A stretch of DNA of 64,000 nt from Octopus sinensis (GCF_006345805.1 NC_042997.1:199020001-199084000); one strand, 5' to 3'; shown: positions 38,936 to 52,144, counted from the first letter of the stretch. Notes: generated by a model not told the origin, from the letters alone. Program-made: numbers and translations.

Positions 38936-39282
38936 CCTTTAATTGACCCCGAAAGGATGAAAGCAAAGTTGACCTTGGCGGAAATTGAACTTAGAATGTA
39001 ACAGCAGATGAAATACTGCTAAGCATTTCACCTGGCGTGCTAACGATTCTGCCAGATCGCCACCATGTATGCATGCATATATGTGTGTGTTGTGCATATG
39101 TGTGTGTGTTTGTGTGTTGTTATCATTATTAAGGCAGTGAGCTGGCAGAATCATTACTGATACTTATTTTATCAATCTCTTTTGCCAAACGACTAAGTTA
39201 CAAGAATGTAAACACACCAATACCAGTTGTCAAGTAGAGGTGGGGAACAAACGTAGCACACATGCACACATGTGTATATATA

Positions 39283-39591
39283 GGCATAGGAGTGGCTGTA
39301 TGGTAAGTAGCTTGCTTACCAACCACATGGTTCCGGGTTCATTACCACTGTGTGGCACCTTGGGCAAGTGTCTTCTACTATAGCCTCGGGCCGACCAAAG
39401 CCTTGTGAGTGGATTTGGTAGGCGGAAACTGAAAGAAGCCCGTCGTGTATATGTGTGTATATGTATATATATATAGAAGAGTGTAGGCTCGAAACGTAAA
39501 AGACTTTTTCTATTCCTGAGCGTTATACCAATACATCTGTTTGTTTTGTACACCACCTGTCTTCGTCTTTTGTTTTTTCGTAAACTCTCCC

Positions 39592-39624
<33 letters not shown>

Positions 39625-39857
39625 GTTTGTGTGTCTGTGTGTGTGTCTGTGTTTTTGTGTCTATGTTTGTCCCCCCAACATCGCTTGACAACCAATGCTG
39701 GTGTGTTTACATCCCTGTAACTTAGCGGTTCGGCAAAAGAGACTGATAGAATAAGTACTAGGCTTACAAAGAATAAGTCCTGGGGTCGATTTGCTTGACA
39801 AAAGGCAGTGCTCCAGCATGGCCACAGTCAAATGACTGAAACAAGTATAAAGAGTAA
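39283..39857 (+). mobile_element. SINE S1 containing element B
   Basis: Matches S1. Confidence 0.9.
39475..39591 (+). mobile_element. Truncated element B inside an S1 microsatellite
   Basis: agaagagtgtaggctcgaaacgtaaaagact...actctccc between (TA)n runs. Confidence 0.75.
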
Positions 39858-40061
39858 GAGTAATCAAATACTAAGAAAGAAAAAAAAAACAACAGTATTA
39901 AATTCTATTATTTATGGCTGCATCAGTCTGAGATGCACTTTTGAAGAGATATATCCCACATATCAGAATATTTACAGTTTCAGAATATATATATATACTG
40001 TGTGATGGTGTGTGTGCACTTGTATATATGGATATGTGTCTAAGCATTGTGTGTGTGTGTG

Positions 40062-40320
40062 TGAAGGTGCATGGCTTAGTGGTTAAGGTGTTGCACTCAC
40101 AATTGTGAGATTGTGGTTCGATTCCCAGACCGTTGTTCTTGAGCAAAGCATATCATTTCATGTTGCTCTGCAGTCATTTTGGCATCTGACATGTGTCACC
40201 CATTGCACCTGTACAGGTAATGTCGATCGGATTGAACGAATGAGCTTATGTCTACACAAACATTGGATCACTATAAACAAATCTTCTGTGTAGTTGTTTG
40301 GTAAGAAATTGTTGAACCCT
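40062..40320 (+). mobile_element. SINE S5-type head with different tail
   Basis: Head matches S5. Confidence 0.75.
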
Positions 40321-40378
40321 CATATATTGTCTAATGATGGGAGAGTCCATTATATATATATATATGATGGGATAGTCC

Positions 40379-40420
<42 letters not shown>

Positions 40421-40767
40421 ATTTATCATTTTGCACTTTACTTAATCATTGTTATGTTTTATTTTATATTTAATCTTTCTATAAGAAGTAATTTTTTCTA
40501 AATGGTATAATTTAATTTTTCATTATTGAAGTGATAAAAGGTGTTTTTTTTTTCTATTTTATATACCATCATCATCATCGTTTAGCATCCGCCTTCCATG
40601 CTAGCATGGGTTGGACTTTCAACTGGGGTCTGGGAAGCCCGAAGGCTGCACCAGGCCAGTCAAATCTGGCAGTGTTTCTACAGCTGGATATATATATTAT
40701 ATTTTGTGAAGTTTGATTTACTATTTCTAAATTGAATTTTTTCCTGTAAGTTTGGAATAATATTCCC

Positions 40768-40801
<34 letters not shown>

Positions 40802-41049
40802 TGAGAGAATAAGAAATGGAGCAATTTACATTTCTTATTGGCTATATATATATATTGAACCACAGCTTCACCTATAAATTACCTTCTACCATATACCTTA
40901 CAACAAGGACCACACATACTGAGGTAATACCAGAAGTTCCTATGTATACATCTATCCCTTAGAAGGTTACATTACCTCAAAAGCACATTCGAGCATGGGG
41001 TGTTACCAGCCCACTTATGAGTACCCTTCATTCATTGGACAATAAACTT

Positions 41050-41572
41050 TACTTGCGAAGACCTATTGATGCAAGTGAAATCAAATCAAAATCGCTGATG
41101 TAGCCAATGACAGTACCACCTGTGCCAGTGGAACATTAAAAGCACATCTGAGCATGATCATTGCCAGGGCCACGGATTGTCTCCCGTGCCGGTGGCACAT
41201 AAAAAGCACCATTCGAGTGTGATCATTGCCAGTGTCACCTTACCAGCACCTGTGCCAGTAGCAGATGGGAAACAACATTTGAGTGTGGTCGTTGCCAGTG
41301 CCACCGGACTGGCTCTCATGCAAGTAGCACATAAAAAACACCTTTTGAGCATGTTCATCGCCAGAACTGCCTGATTGGCCCTCGTGCTACTGGCATGTAA
41401 AAGCACTCACTACACTCTCGGAGTGGTTGGCATTAGGAAGGGCATCCAGCTGTAGAAACTTTGCCAGATCAGATTGAGCCTGGTGCAACATTCTGGCTCA
41501 CCAGTCCTCAGTCAAACTGTCCAACCCATGCAAGCATGGAAAGTGGACGTTAAACAATGATGATGATGATGA
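41050..41572 (+). mobile_element. S3 variant with expanded internal repeats
   Basis: Matches S3. Confidence 0.8.
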
Positions 41573-41589
41573 TTATATATATATAAAAA

Positions 41590-41920
41590 ATAACTGGCAC
41601 TCCATCGCTTACAACAACAACAAGGGTCCCAGTTGATCCGATCAACAGAACAGCTTGCTCATGAGATTAACATGCCAGCGGCTGAGCAATCCACGGACAC
41701 GTGTACCTGTTATCGTAGTTCTCAGGGAGATCCAGCGTGACACAGAGTGTGACAAGGCTGGCCCTTTCAAATACAGGTACAACTCATTTTTGCTTGCTGA
41801 GTTAGACTGGAGCAACATGAAATAAACTATCTTGCTCAAGGACACAACTTACTGCGGGAATTGAACTCACAAATGTACGATCGTTAGCCAAATACCCTAA
41901 CCACTAAGCCACATGCCTTC
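41590..41920 (-). mobile_element. SINE S5
   Basis: Matches S5. Confidence 0.85.
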
Positions 41921-42177
41921 ACATGTATATGTGGGTGGAGGGTGGGAGCATGTTTTATATAATAATAATGAAATTATTGTGTATAGTGCACAGGTGCACT
42001 GCAACTCATCACAGGTGCAATGTTTTTTATGTGCCACCTGCACAGGAACCAGTCCAGCAGCACTGGCAAGAACCTCTTTCGAATGTTTTTTCATGTGCTA
42101 CTGGCACAAGTGCCAGTAAAGCGACTCTAGTAACGATCACACTCAAATGGTGCTTTATAATGATAATAATTTCTCAG

Positions 42178-42238
42178 GTAACCAGAAGATGGATTTGTTA
42201 TTAAATAAAGATTAATACCAAATCCATCTTCTGGTTAC
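42178..42238. repeat. Compact hairpin with 27-bp stem and 7-nt loop
   Basis: gtaaccagaagatggatttgttattaa-ataaaga-ttaataccaaatccatcttctggttac, one mismatch. Confidence 0.9.
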
Positions 42239-42707
42239 TTAAGTAATTATTACTATTATGTATGTGTGTGTTTGTGTGTGTGTGTGAGAGTAAGAGAGAG
42301 AGAGGATACTGCTAAACCTTTATGACAAAACCTTCACAGGACACATTTGTTTCTGCTTTGCCATATGTTTCTACAGAATAAATACCCTCTTTATATCCAA
42401 CCCAGAAAATTAAAAAGGCACAAATGCTTCATACTTAATCATCTTCATTGTGGCAACTCCTAACCTTTACATAATTCCCTGGATCCTATTTTATAACTGT
42501 GAAGAGCATTTGCTTGATTTTCCTTCATTCATGATAAGACATTTTATTTTCATACTTATATAGGGCAGGTGTGGCCGTGTGTTAAGAAGTTTGCTTCCCA
42601 AACTGCATGGTTCTGGGTTCAGTCTCAGCGCATGGTAACTTGGCTAAACGTCTTCTGCTATAGCTTTGAGCCAACCAAAATCTTGTGAGTGGATTTGGTA
42701 CATGGTA

Positions 42708-42940
42708 AAGGCGGCGAGCTGGCAGAAACGTTAGCATGCCAGGCGAAATACTTAGCAGCATTTCGTCTGCCGCTACATTCTGAGTTCAAATTCCGCTGAG
42801 GTCGACTTTGTCTTTCTTCCTTTCGAGATTGATTAAATAAGTACCAGTTACACACTGGGGTCGATATAATCGACTTCATCTGTTTGTCTGTCCTTGTTTG
42901 TCCTCTCTGTGTTTAGCCCCTTGTGGGTAGTAAAGAAATA
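42708..42940 (+). mobile_element. SINE S2
   Basis: Matches S2. Confidence 0.85.
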
Positions 42941-43598
42941 TGTAAATGAAAGAAACCCATCATGTGTTTGTGTGTGTGTGTCTTTCTGTCTGCCTGTGTT
43001 TGTCCACCACCACCACCACCAGTGTTGGTATGTTTATATACTCATAGCATAAAGGTTTGGCAAAAATAACTGATACAATAAGCATTAGACTTTAAAAAAA
43101 AAAAGGGGACCACTACTGGGGCCGATTCATTCAACTAAAATTCTTCAAGATAGTGCCCCAGCACGACCACATTCTAACGAATGAAACAAGCAAAGAAGAG
43201 AAAAAGTTATCTCGATTAAAGGAGATGCTTGCCTGCCAGTTACTGGAATATTAGCAAGGCATCCACATTTCTTTCCTTCTTTCCTTGTTATTTTCTCTTC
43301 CCTTGATCTTAACCCCTATCTTCCACATTTCCCAAAATTGCCGTCGTTCTTTTATAGTTATTTCCTCTCCTTGTCTTCTCCCTCGCTTTTTTTTTTCTGC
43401 TCCACCTTGTTCCACTTTGGGTTGTTTTTTTTTTTCTTTCTCTTCACTATTTACTCCAAACTTTCGGTAAAATATTTCAGCTCAAATCAGACGGAAACAC
43501 TCGCCTATAATGTCAACCTTCTCCCCTTCGTTCCAACAAAATAATTTATTCCATATTGCCCAGATTTTGTACTTCGCCAATTCTATTTATATCACGCA

Positions 43599-43997
43599 AT
43601 AGCCAGTATCTCCCGGCGTTGCTCGGGCTTGTTTCGACCCTCTAGTATTCGAATTTTTGAAAAGTAAAAATTTTGCATTATGTAGCTTGTTATTCTCTTT
43701 AAGTGAACATTTTTCTGGTTGAAATACGCCGAAAAGTGGCGACACAGCAGTCAAAAAAATCGTAAAAAATAGGGATTTTCATAGAAAAAAAAATCACCTT
43801 TTTGATGTAAATATTTTTTGGTGTTAACATGGTCCGATTTGAATTTTTTCTTCTACGGAAGGAAGAGCAAGCCTTCTTCTATCATACTCTCAATTTTGGT
43901 CAACTTGCACCGCAGAGTCTTGGAGGAGATAGTGTTAGTTGAAGGCTACCAAACCTGCCATACACAGACAACTTCAGCTTTATATAGAGAAAGATTT
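43599..43997 (+). mobile_element. Helitron-like non-autonomous element
   Basis: 5' subterminal cccggcgttgctcggg hairpin and 3' ctttatatagagaaagat end resemble Helitron/HINE-type elements; no TIR or TSD seen. Confidence 0.45.
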
Positions 43998-44075
43998 GTA
44001 GTTTCATCTTTTACTGACTGGTCCAAGGGAAATAATTCATACTGCTTTGAGTGGGGATGATTTTAATGTATCTTA

Positions 44076-44410
44076 TTTCTTTACTGCCCACAAGGGGCTA
44101 AACACAGAGGGGACAAACAAAGACAGACAAAGGGATTAAGTCGATTACATCGACCCCAGTGCGTAACTGGTACTTATTTTATCGACCCCGAAAGGATGAA
44201 AGGCAAAGTCGACCTCGGCGGAATTTGAACTCAGAACGAAAAAGACAGACGAAATACCTATTTTTTTACTACCCACAAGGGGCTACACACAGAGAGGACA
44301 AACAAGGACAGACAAAGGGATTAAGTCGATTACATCGACCCCAATGCGTAACTGGTACTTAATTTATCGATCCCGAAAGGATGAAAGGTAAAGTCGACCT
44401 CGGCTGAATT
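44076..44410 (-). mobile_element. SINE S2 dimer (headless)
   Basis: Matches S2. Confidence 0.85.
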
Positions 44411-44694
44411 GAAACAAACAGATTAAGTGAAATCGATGTTTTAGGGATGTTATTGATGTCAGTAAAGGATTTCTAGAATTCGCCAGAAACACTAATTGGG
44501 TTGGAACTCTATATCTTCCACCTTTTTACCAGAAGTGTAATTTTATAAACCCCAGAGAGAGGAAATGCTAATTCTAACAAGGCATACATTACACTCCTCA
44601 TCCTGCTAGAAATAGCAGTTAAATCTCCTTCAAACCACCCTCTATCTTATCTAATACTTTTTATTTTTACTAAAGTTGTCCTTTACCTGAAAAA

Positions 44695-44870
44695 TCATCA
44701 TCATCATCATCGTTTAACGTCCGTTTTCCATGCTGGCATGGGTTGGACGGTTCGATTGAGGTCTGGAGAGCCAGTGGCTGCACCAGGCTCCAGTCTGATC
44801 CGGCAAAGTTTCTACAGCTGGATGCCCTTCCTAACGCCAACCACTCCGAGAATGTAGTGGGTGCTTTACA
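44695..44870 (-). mobile_element. S3 3' fragment
   Basis: Matches the S3 tail. Confidence 0.8.
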
Positions 44871-45943
44871 GAGTGGTTAGCGTATGACAATGGCACTCAT
44901 TTACAGCATTTACATACTCTCAAGACAAGGACCCGTATGCATACACACACACACACAGAGTTTTATGATGAGTTTCTTTTAGTTTCCATCAACCAAATCC
45001 ACCCATAAGGCTTTGGTCAGCCTGGGGCTATAGTGGAAGACATCTGCCCAAGGTGCTGTGGAGTAGGACTGAACCTGGAATCATGTGGTTGAAAAGCAAC
45101 TTTCTAAAGGGGAAATCAACTTCAATTCAAATATACAAAAGCTAACTTGATTTGAGAGAACATAACTTCAAATCCCTTAGGTGGTAGTCTTCATTCATCC
45201 CACAATTTGTAAGAAAGCAGAACAAATACCACAAGGCATTCTAAAGCTCTAGTGTTCCAACCAGCTGACCACCTTCAAGAAAATCATATTAAGAATAGAT
45301 TTTAGCTCAGGCACAAGGCCAACAGTTTTGAGGGCAAGATTCAGCTGGCATCATCAACTCCAGTACATGACTGGTATTTTATTTTAGTGACCCTGAAAGG
45401 ATCAAAAGCAAGTTTACCTTGGCAGGATTTGAAATCAGACTGTAAGAGTTTTAAGAAACACTGCAAGGCATTTTTTACCAACTCTCTAATGTCTTTGTCT
45501 AACTGCCACTCTAATAATAATAATCATCCTTTCTATTATAGGCACAAGGCCTGAAATTTTTTGATCCCAGTATTTGACTGGTACTGGGATAAAAAAATTC
45601 CAGGCCAAACGCTGACTAGAAATAAGTATTTCACTGGTACTTAATTTATCAACCCCAAAAAGAAGAAAGATAAAGTTGTCTTCGGTGGAATTTGAACTCA
45701 GAGCGTAAAGATGGACAACATACTGCTAAGCACTTTGTCCAGCATCCTAATGATTCTGCCACTCTTAAGATTTGAACCGATGGTTGGGGGGCATAGGCAC
45801 AAAAGCTAGTTCAGTACAGCTCTAGAAAAGTGTTATTAAGGACAGCTAGGATATTAAGGAAGGTTCTTGGCCCCTAAGGTTACTTGTTGTAGCCTGAGGT
45901 TAGGAATTTTTCTTCTCCAGCAGTTTAATCTGTTGTGCATATA

Positions 45944-46328
45944 CTCTTTTACTTGTTTCTGTCATTTGACTGTGGCCATGCTGGAGCACCGCCTTTAGTC
46001 AAGCAAATCAACCCCAGGACTTATTCTTTGTAAGCCTAGTACTTATTCTATTGGTATCTTTTGCTGAACTGTTAAGTTACGGGGACGTAAACACACCAGC
46101 ATAGGTTGTCAAGCGATGTTAGGGACAGACAAACACAGACATACAAATACATACACACACACATACATATATATGACAGGCTTCTTTCAGTTTCTGTCTA
46201 CCAAATCCACTCACAAGGCTTTGGTCGGCCCAAGGCTATAGTAGAAGACACTTGCCCAAGGTGCCACGCAGTGGGACTGAACCCGGAACCATGTGGTTCG
46301 TAAGCAACCTACTTACCACACAGCCACT
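45944..46328 (-). mobile_element. SINE S1
   Basis: Matches S1. Confidence 0.9.
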
Positions 46329-46689
46329 AATCCTTTGTACTATAACCACAAGGCCTGAAATTTGGGGCAAGTGGGGTCGTTGATTACATTGACCCCAGTT
46401 CTCAGCTAGTACTTATTTTATTGACCTAAAAAGGATGAAAGTTATAACAACAACAACACCGAGAACCGCTATATGATAATCTCTTGGTTTGGTTTGTCAA
46501 TATATATCATAAAAATATATGAAAGCGTTATTAGAATTACTCCTATGCTACAATGGGCTGTCGGATGTCACTAAAAGTCCATTTCCTTGATTCACGTCTG
46601 GACTTTTTTGCAGAGAACCTTGGAGCAGTGTCTGATGAGCAAGGGGAATGCTTTCATCAAGATACTGCATTGATGGAACAACGATATCA

Positions 46690-47075
46690 AGGATTTTTTA
46701 TATAATGAAAATATTGTATACAGTGCTCCGGTGCACCACAACTTGTCGAAAGTGTGTATAAAGCATATGCAGTAATGTACAAATGTCTGGGAAGTGAACA
46801 GTGTATGAGTCAGATACATGCTTGCGTGTGTATGGAGGGGAGAACGATCAGGTGTAGTGTTGGGGAATCTCAGGAAGCATGGAAGTTTTGAAGGATGCAG
46901 TGCTCCGACAATTAACAACTGATGCCAGCAGTTTGTTCCATGCTTCAGCAACTCTCAGTGTGAAAAAATGTTTCCTAAAGTCATGGGAGCTGTGCTGTTT
47001 TTTGACTTTGTAAATATATCCACGGTTGTTAGACGGGTGGAGTTTGAAAAGGTGCTCAGAGTTATTGTTTTGGAA
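46690..47075 (-). mobile_element. CR1-type LINE 3' end
   Basis: Reverse-complement homolog of 13706-14255. Confidence 0.85.
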
Positions 47076-48189
47076 TGCAGGAATGTTAGCTGACTACTGT
47101 TGGATGTTATACAGGGATGAACCTGAGATAAAACACCATAGAAAGTCCAAATCCCCAAAATTTCAAGTTGTTATGCATTTGAGTGTATTATAACTTATTT
47201 GTAGAAAATTATCTTAATTTTGTACAATAAAAAAGCCATGAAATTATCGTATCTTGTATTGAATATACTTTATATAGACATGCTTTACGTATCCTATAAG
47301 TTAAAACGGCAGGTATCGTTAACATGAAAATGTGACCTGATAGAGGAAATCGAACTTCAGATTCGTAATCAGCATCAAAAATTAACCCAGAAAAGTCAAT
47401 CAGCTGCTCTGATAATTAAAAAAGTTTCATTTTGTTGACCAGTGTAATCTTTATACGATGAAAAGCTCACAGAACCAGAGTGAATGCAAAAACTTACATA
47501 ACTCGTAGCAGAGTAGTCTCCCTTCTTCCATTTACTTTGCAGTCTGTTACCGGTAGCATTTACGTCAAGTTAGCATCAAATCTGGGATATTTTCTATTCT
47601 GGATCCACTAATGCCACACATGTCAAGAATCAGTAATGATAATCTTTCTTCAAATTTAATTCTTGTGCATCTGTGTACGTGCGTGCGTGTGTACACGTGT
47701 ATACTCAAAATATAAGAACACAAATTGTAAACACTGTTAATCTGGTTAATATCAAAAACCTCAACTTTGCCCTCCACATTATACATGCAACTGCCCTCGA
47801 CACAGTTCCAAAGGAAAATCATGTAGTTGTAAGGGTTATAAAATCATAAAACAGCTCAGCACCCATCACTTTCAGAAGCATTGCTTTTTTTTTTTTTTTT
47901 TTACCCAAAAATACTGAAGCATGGAATAAACTACCCATGTTATGTTAGCTGTCAGTACACTCCATCCTTCAAAAGTTTCATACTTTCTGAAATTGCCAAC
48001 GCTTCCTAACGTGCCGCTTCACCCTCTGCCCTTAATGGCTCTCTTATCGTTTATTTTCCTATCTTTTTGTTCTATTCTCTATACTAGGCATAGCTTTCAT
48101 TGATGTCTCTGTTTACTTATTGCTACTTTCTGTTCTCTCTTTTTATCTTTTCCAATGAATTGTAGTGTACCTGAGAACGAAGTACAATA

Positions 48190-48361
48190 AACTTATTATT
48201 ATTATTATTTTCATTATTATTATTATTATCATCATTATTATTTTCATTATTATTATTATTATTAACATTATTATTATTTTCATTATTATTATTTTCATTA
48301 TTATTATTATTATTATCATTATTATTATCGTTATTATTATTATCATCATCATCATCATCAG
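48190..48361. repeat. (ATT/ATC)n array
   Basis: Directly visible. Confidence 0.97.
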
Positions 48362-48572
48362 GTAGCAAGCTGACAGAATCATTAGCGCACTGGATGAAAT
48401 GCTTAGCAGTAATTTGCCCATCGCTACATTCTAAGTTCAAATTCCCCCGAGGTCAACTTTGCCTTTCATCCTTTTGGGGTTGATTAAATACATACCAGTT
48501 ACATACTGGGGTCGATATATTCAACTTAATCCCTTCCTCCAAATTTGAAGCCTTGTGCTTCCAGTAGACAGG
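48362..48572 (+). mobile_element. SINE S2
   Basis: Matches S2. Confidence 0.8.
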
Positions 48573-48597
48573 ATTATTGTAATTATTATTATTATTG

Positions 48598-49545
48598 AAT
48601 GAGAGAGCAGTTCATGCCATCAAATTGACACTGGGGTAAAATAAACAAAGCCCAGTATACCCTTTATGATTACCCATCTGATAAGGGTACACTAGGCACA
48701 TGCATCACAACCATACGTGTGCGACATGGTGATTTCATATCGAGATAAACAGCGCATGGACTTGCTGGTGGGGGCCCAGTTAGAATTTTTTCGTGTTGAG
48801 TAGCCCATCTCACTCAAAAGGCCTCTGAATAAGGGTTGTTTAAGGATGCTGAACGAAACACCTATGTTTCCAGAGGTGAATTATCCAAGCCCTGAAGAAT
48901 CCTTCTCAACACATGGCTATGATGCTCCCCCACTACTTCTGCTTGTGATCAGAGATGCACATATCATCAGTCACTAAGGGACATGCTCAACTGGTTAAGG
49001 TCAAACAACTGACAAGCAGATCTGCGGCTACAATAAATATTGAGCAGAATATTTGCTGTAGTCCATCTTTTATACCAAGACAGTGGAGGCGCAATGGCCC
49101 AGTGGTTAGGGCAGCGGACTCGCGGTTTCGATTCCCAGACCGGGCGTTGTGAGTGTTTATTGAGTGAAAACACCTAAAACTCCACGAGGCTCCGGCAGGG
49201 GATGGTGGTGATCCCTGCTGTACCCTTTCACCACAACTTTCTCTCACTCTTACTTCCTGTTTCTGTTGTACCTGTATTTCAAAGGGCCGGCCTTGTCATT
49301 CTCTGTGTCACACTGAATATCCCCGAGAATTACGTTAAGGGTACACGTGTCTGTGGAGTGCTCAGCCACTTGCACGTTAATTTCACGAGCAGGCTGTTCC
49401 GTTGATCGGATCAACCGGAACCCTCGTCGTCATAACCGACGGAGTGCTTCCACATACCAAGACAAAACAATGTACATAATAACACTTACAATCAGTTAAG
49501 ATCAGAAGCCATGAGAGCCACTGTCTGGTACTGCATCAGGGTATT
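48598..49545 (-). mobile_element. Same (TAA)n-associated element, split by the S4 SINE at 49083-49453
   Basis: Flanked by (ATT)n on both sides; partial third copy at 49805-49925. Confidence 0.8.
49083..49453 (+). mobile_element. tRNA-derived SINE family S4
   Basis: A box tggcccagtgg, B box ggtttcgattccc; 11-bp TSD ataccaagaca at 49072-49082 and 49454-49464. Confidence 0.92.
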
Positions 49546-49598
49546 TTTTATTATTATTATTAATATATTATCATCATCATCATCATCATATCATCTTT

Positions 49599-49775
49599 GC
49601 ACAGCTTCTAACACTGGAGATGTACTACGGTGTCAGCTGTTCACTACCAGTGAACTAAGGTAACACCCCTTGTTCTTCAAGCACCATTCAGAGTATTCAT
49701 GCAGTTCCAAGCAGTGCTGTTTTCAACAAAATATCCACCCTTATTGCAGCCTCTATTTCTTCCATGTACTTCTCA
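49599..49775 (-). mobile_element. R4/Dong-like LINE 3' end
   Basis: Minus strand EKYMEEIEAAIRVDILLKTALLGTA*IL*MVLE resembles the KxALLGTARILRKVL terminus; followed by (GAT)n. Confidence 0.7.
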
Positions 49776-49949
49776 ATTAATAATAATGATTATTATTATT
49801 ATTATTGAGTGAGAGAGTAGTGCATGCCATCAAAGTGACACTGGGGTATAAATATACAAAGCCCAGTATACCCATAATGACTACTCGTCTGATAAGGGTA
49901 CACCAAGCACATGCATCACAACCATATTATTATTATTATTATTATCATA

Positions 49950-50160
49950 AAGGCAGTGAACTAGCAAAATCTTGAGCATGCTGGACAAAATGTTTAGTGG
50001 TGTTCTGTCCATTTTCCCAATCTTAGCTCAAATTCTGCCAAGGTCAACTATACCCTTCATCCTTTTGGGGTCAATGAAATAAGTACCATTTGAGCACTGG
50101 GGTCAATGTAATCAAGTAAACCCCTTTCCTACAGAAAATTTCAGACCTTGTGCCTAGCTG
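49950..50160 (+). mobile_element. SINE S2 (diverged)
   Basis: Matches S2. Confidence 0.8.
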
Positions 50161-50171
50161 TGTGGTAAGTA

Positions 50172-50572
50172 GGCGCAGGAGTGGCTGTGTGGTAAGTAGC
50201 TTGCTTACCAACCACATGGTTCCGGGTTCAGTCCCACTGCTTGACACCTTGGGCAAATGTCTTCTACTATTGCCTCGGGCCGACCAAAGCCTTGTGAGTG
50301 GATTTGGTAGACGGAAACTGAAAGAAGCCCATCGTGTATATATGTAAATATGTATGTGTGTGTGTGCTTGTTTTTCTGTGTTTGCCCCCCCCCCCAACAT
50401 CGTTTGACAACCAATGCTGGTGTGTTTACATCCCTGTAACTTAGCGGTTCAGCAAAAGACACCGATAGAATAAGTACTAGGCTTACAAAGAATAAGTCCT
50501 GGGGTCGATTTGCTCGACTAAAGGCGGTGCTCCAGCATGGCCACAATCAAATGACTGAAACAAGTAAAAGAG
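50172..50572 (+). mobile_element. SINE S1
   Basis: Matches S1. Confidence 0.9.
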
Positions 50573-50807
50573 TATTACTATTTGTCCACTACACATGCCA
50601 CTTGAATGGGACAGACAGTCTTATTGATTATACCAACTGTCCTATTCAGAAGTGATAAATATAAAGTTGTTTACTATGAGATAAACACAACTTATAAAAT
50701 AAACACAGCCTATAAGATAAACAGCAGCCTTAACTTTGACAAAATATTGACTGGTAGGAAATTAGTATCTTTTCATCTTTTCAATTCAAATACCATATCT
50801 GACTTAA

Positions 50808-51150
50808 TCTTTTACTTGCTTCAGTCATTTGACTGCGACCATGCTGGTGCACCGCCTTTAGTCGAGCAAATCGACCCCAGGACTTATTCTTTTGTAAGCC
50901 TAGTACTTATTCTATCGGTCTCTTTTACCGAACCGCTAAGTTACGGGGATATAAACACACCAGCATCGATTGTCAAGCGATGTTGGGGGGACAAACACAT
51001 AAACACACACACATACATATCTGCTCGCAAGGCTTTGGTCAGCCTGAGGCTGTAGTAGAAGACACTTGGCCAAGGTGTCACGCAGTGGGACTGAACCCAG
51101 AACCATGTGGTTAGTAAGCAAGCTACTTACCACACAGCTACTCCTACGCC
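50808..51150 (-). mobile_element. SINE S1 (internal deletion)
   Basis: Matches S1. Confidence 0.9.
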
Positions 51151-52088
51151 CATACACAACAAGTGTCTTCTATGATAGCCTTGGGCTGACCAAAGCCTTG
51201 TGAATGGATTTGGCAGACGGAAACTGAAAGAAGCCCGTCATATGTATGTATATATATATATGTGTGTGTGTGTGTCTGTGTTTGTCCCCCAACATCGCTT
51301 GACAACCAATGCTGGTGTGTTTACGTCTATGAAGAAATGAAAAGCTCTGGGTTTTTGAAAAAAGAAATGATTGAGCGCCTGGTGCCAAGATAAAGAGAAA
51401 TACAATCTCCACAGGAAATTTATAGCATCTTTTATCTTTAAGCTTTTACTTATTTCAGACATTTGACTGTGGCCATGCTGGGGCACCACCTTGAACAATG
51501 TTTTGTCAAATGAATCAACCCCAGTTCTTTTTTTATATTTCTATTTTCTTTTCCAAGCCTGGTACCTATTCTATCAGTCTCTTTTGCTGAACCACCAAGT
51601 TTCAGGGACATAAACACACCAACACCGGTCATCAAGTAGTGGTAGTGGACAAACACATGCACACACAAACACACACACACACATACAGATATATGTTTTT
51701 ACTGTTTTGTTCTCATTGTTCTGTTCTTGTCCCAAATTTTATTTAATTTGCTTTGCGGGAAGGACTGTTTCAATGAAGTCACATCTTGTCCTTACCTTCG
51801 TAACGCAGAGTAGAAGAAACAGGGATAACTGAAGAAGGGGATTATTCCTTGTGTTATATGTCTTGTTTCTCTGTTTTCTTTCTTTGTTGTATGAAAAAAA
51901 AGTTCGTTTTTATGTTTTTGTTTCTCATTGTGTTCAACGTTTTTTTGATGTCCTGTACCCATATCATCATTTATCATCATTTAGCGTCCGTTTTCCATGC
52001 TAACATGATGCATGTATATATACATATATATGTAGGTATGTACATATATGTATGTATGTATGCATATATTTATATATTATCTATATTA

Positions 52089-52144
<56 letters not shown>

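Noticed and set aside
51818-51875. CUGAAGA followed by a weak stem and GUC
   Set aside because: The obligatory GAAA is absent.
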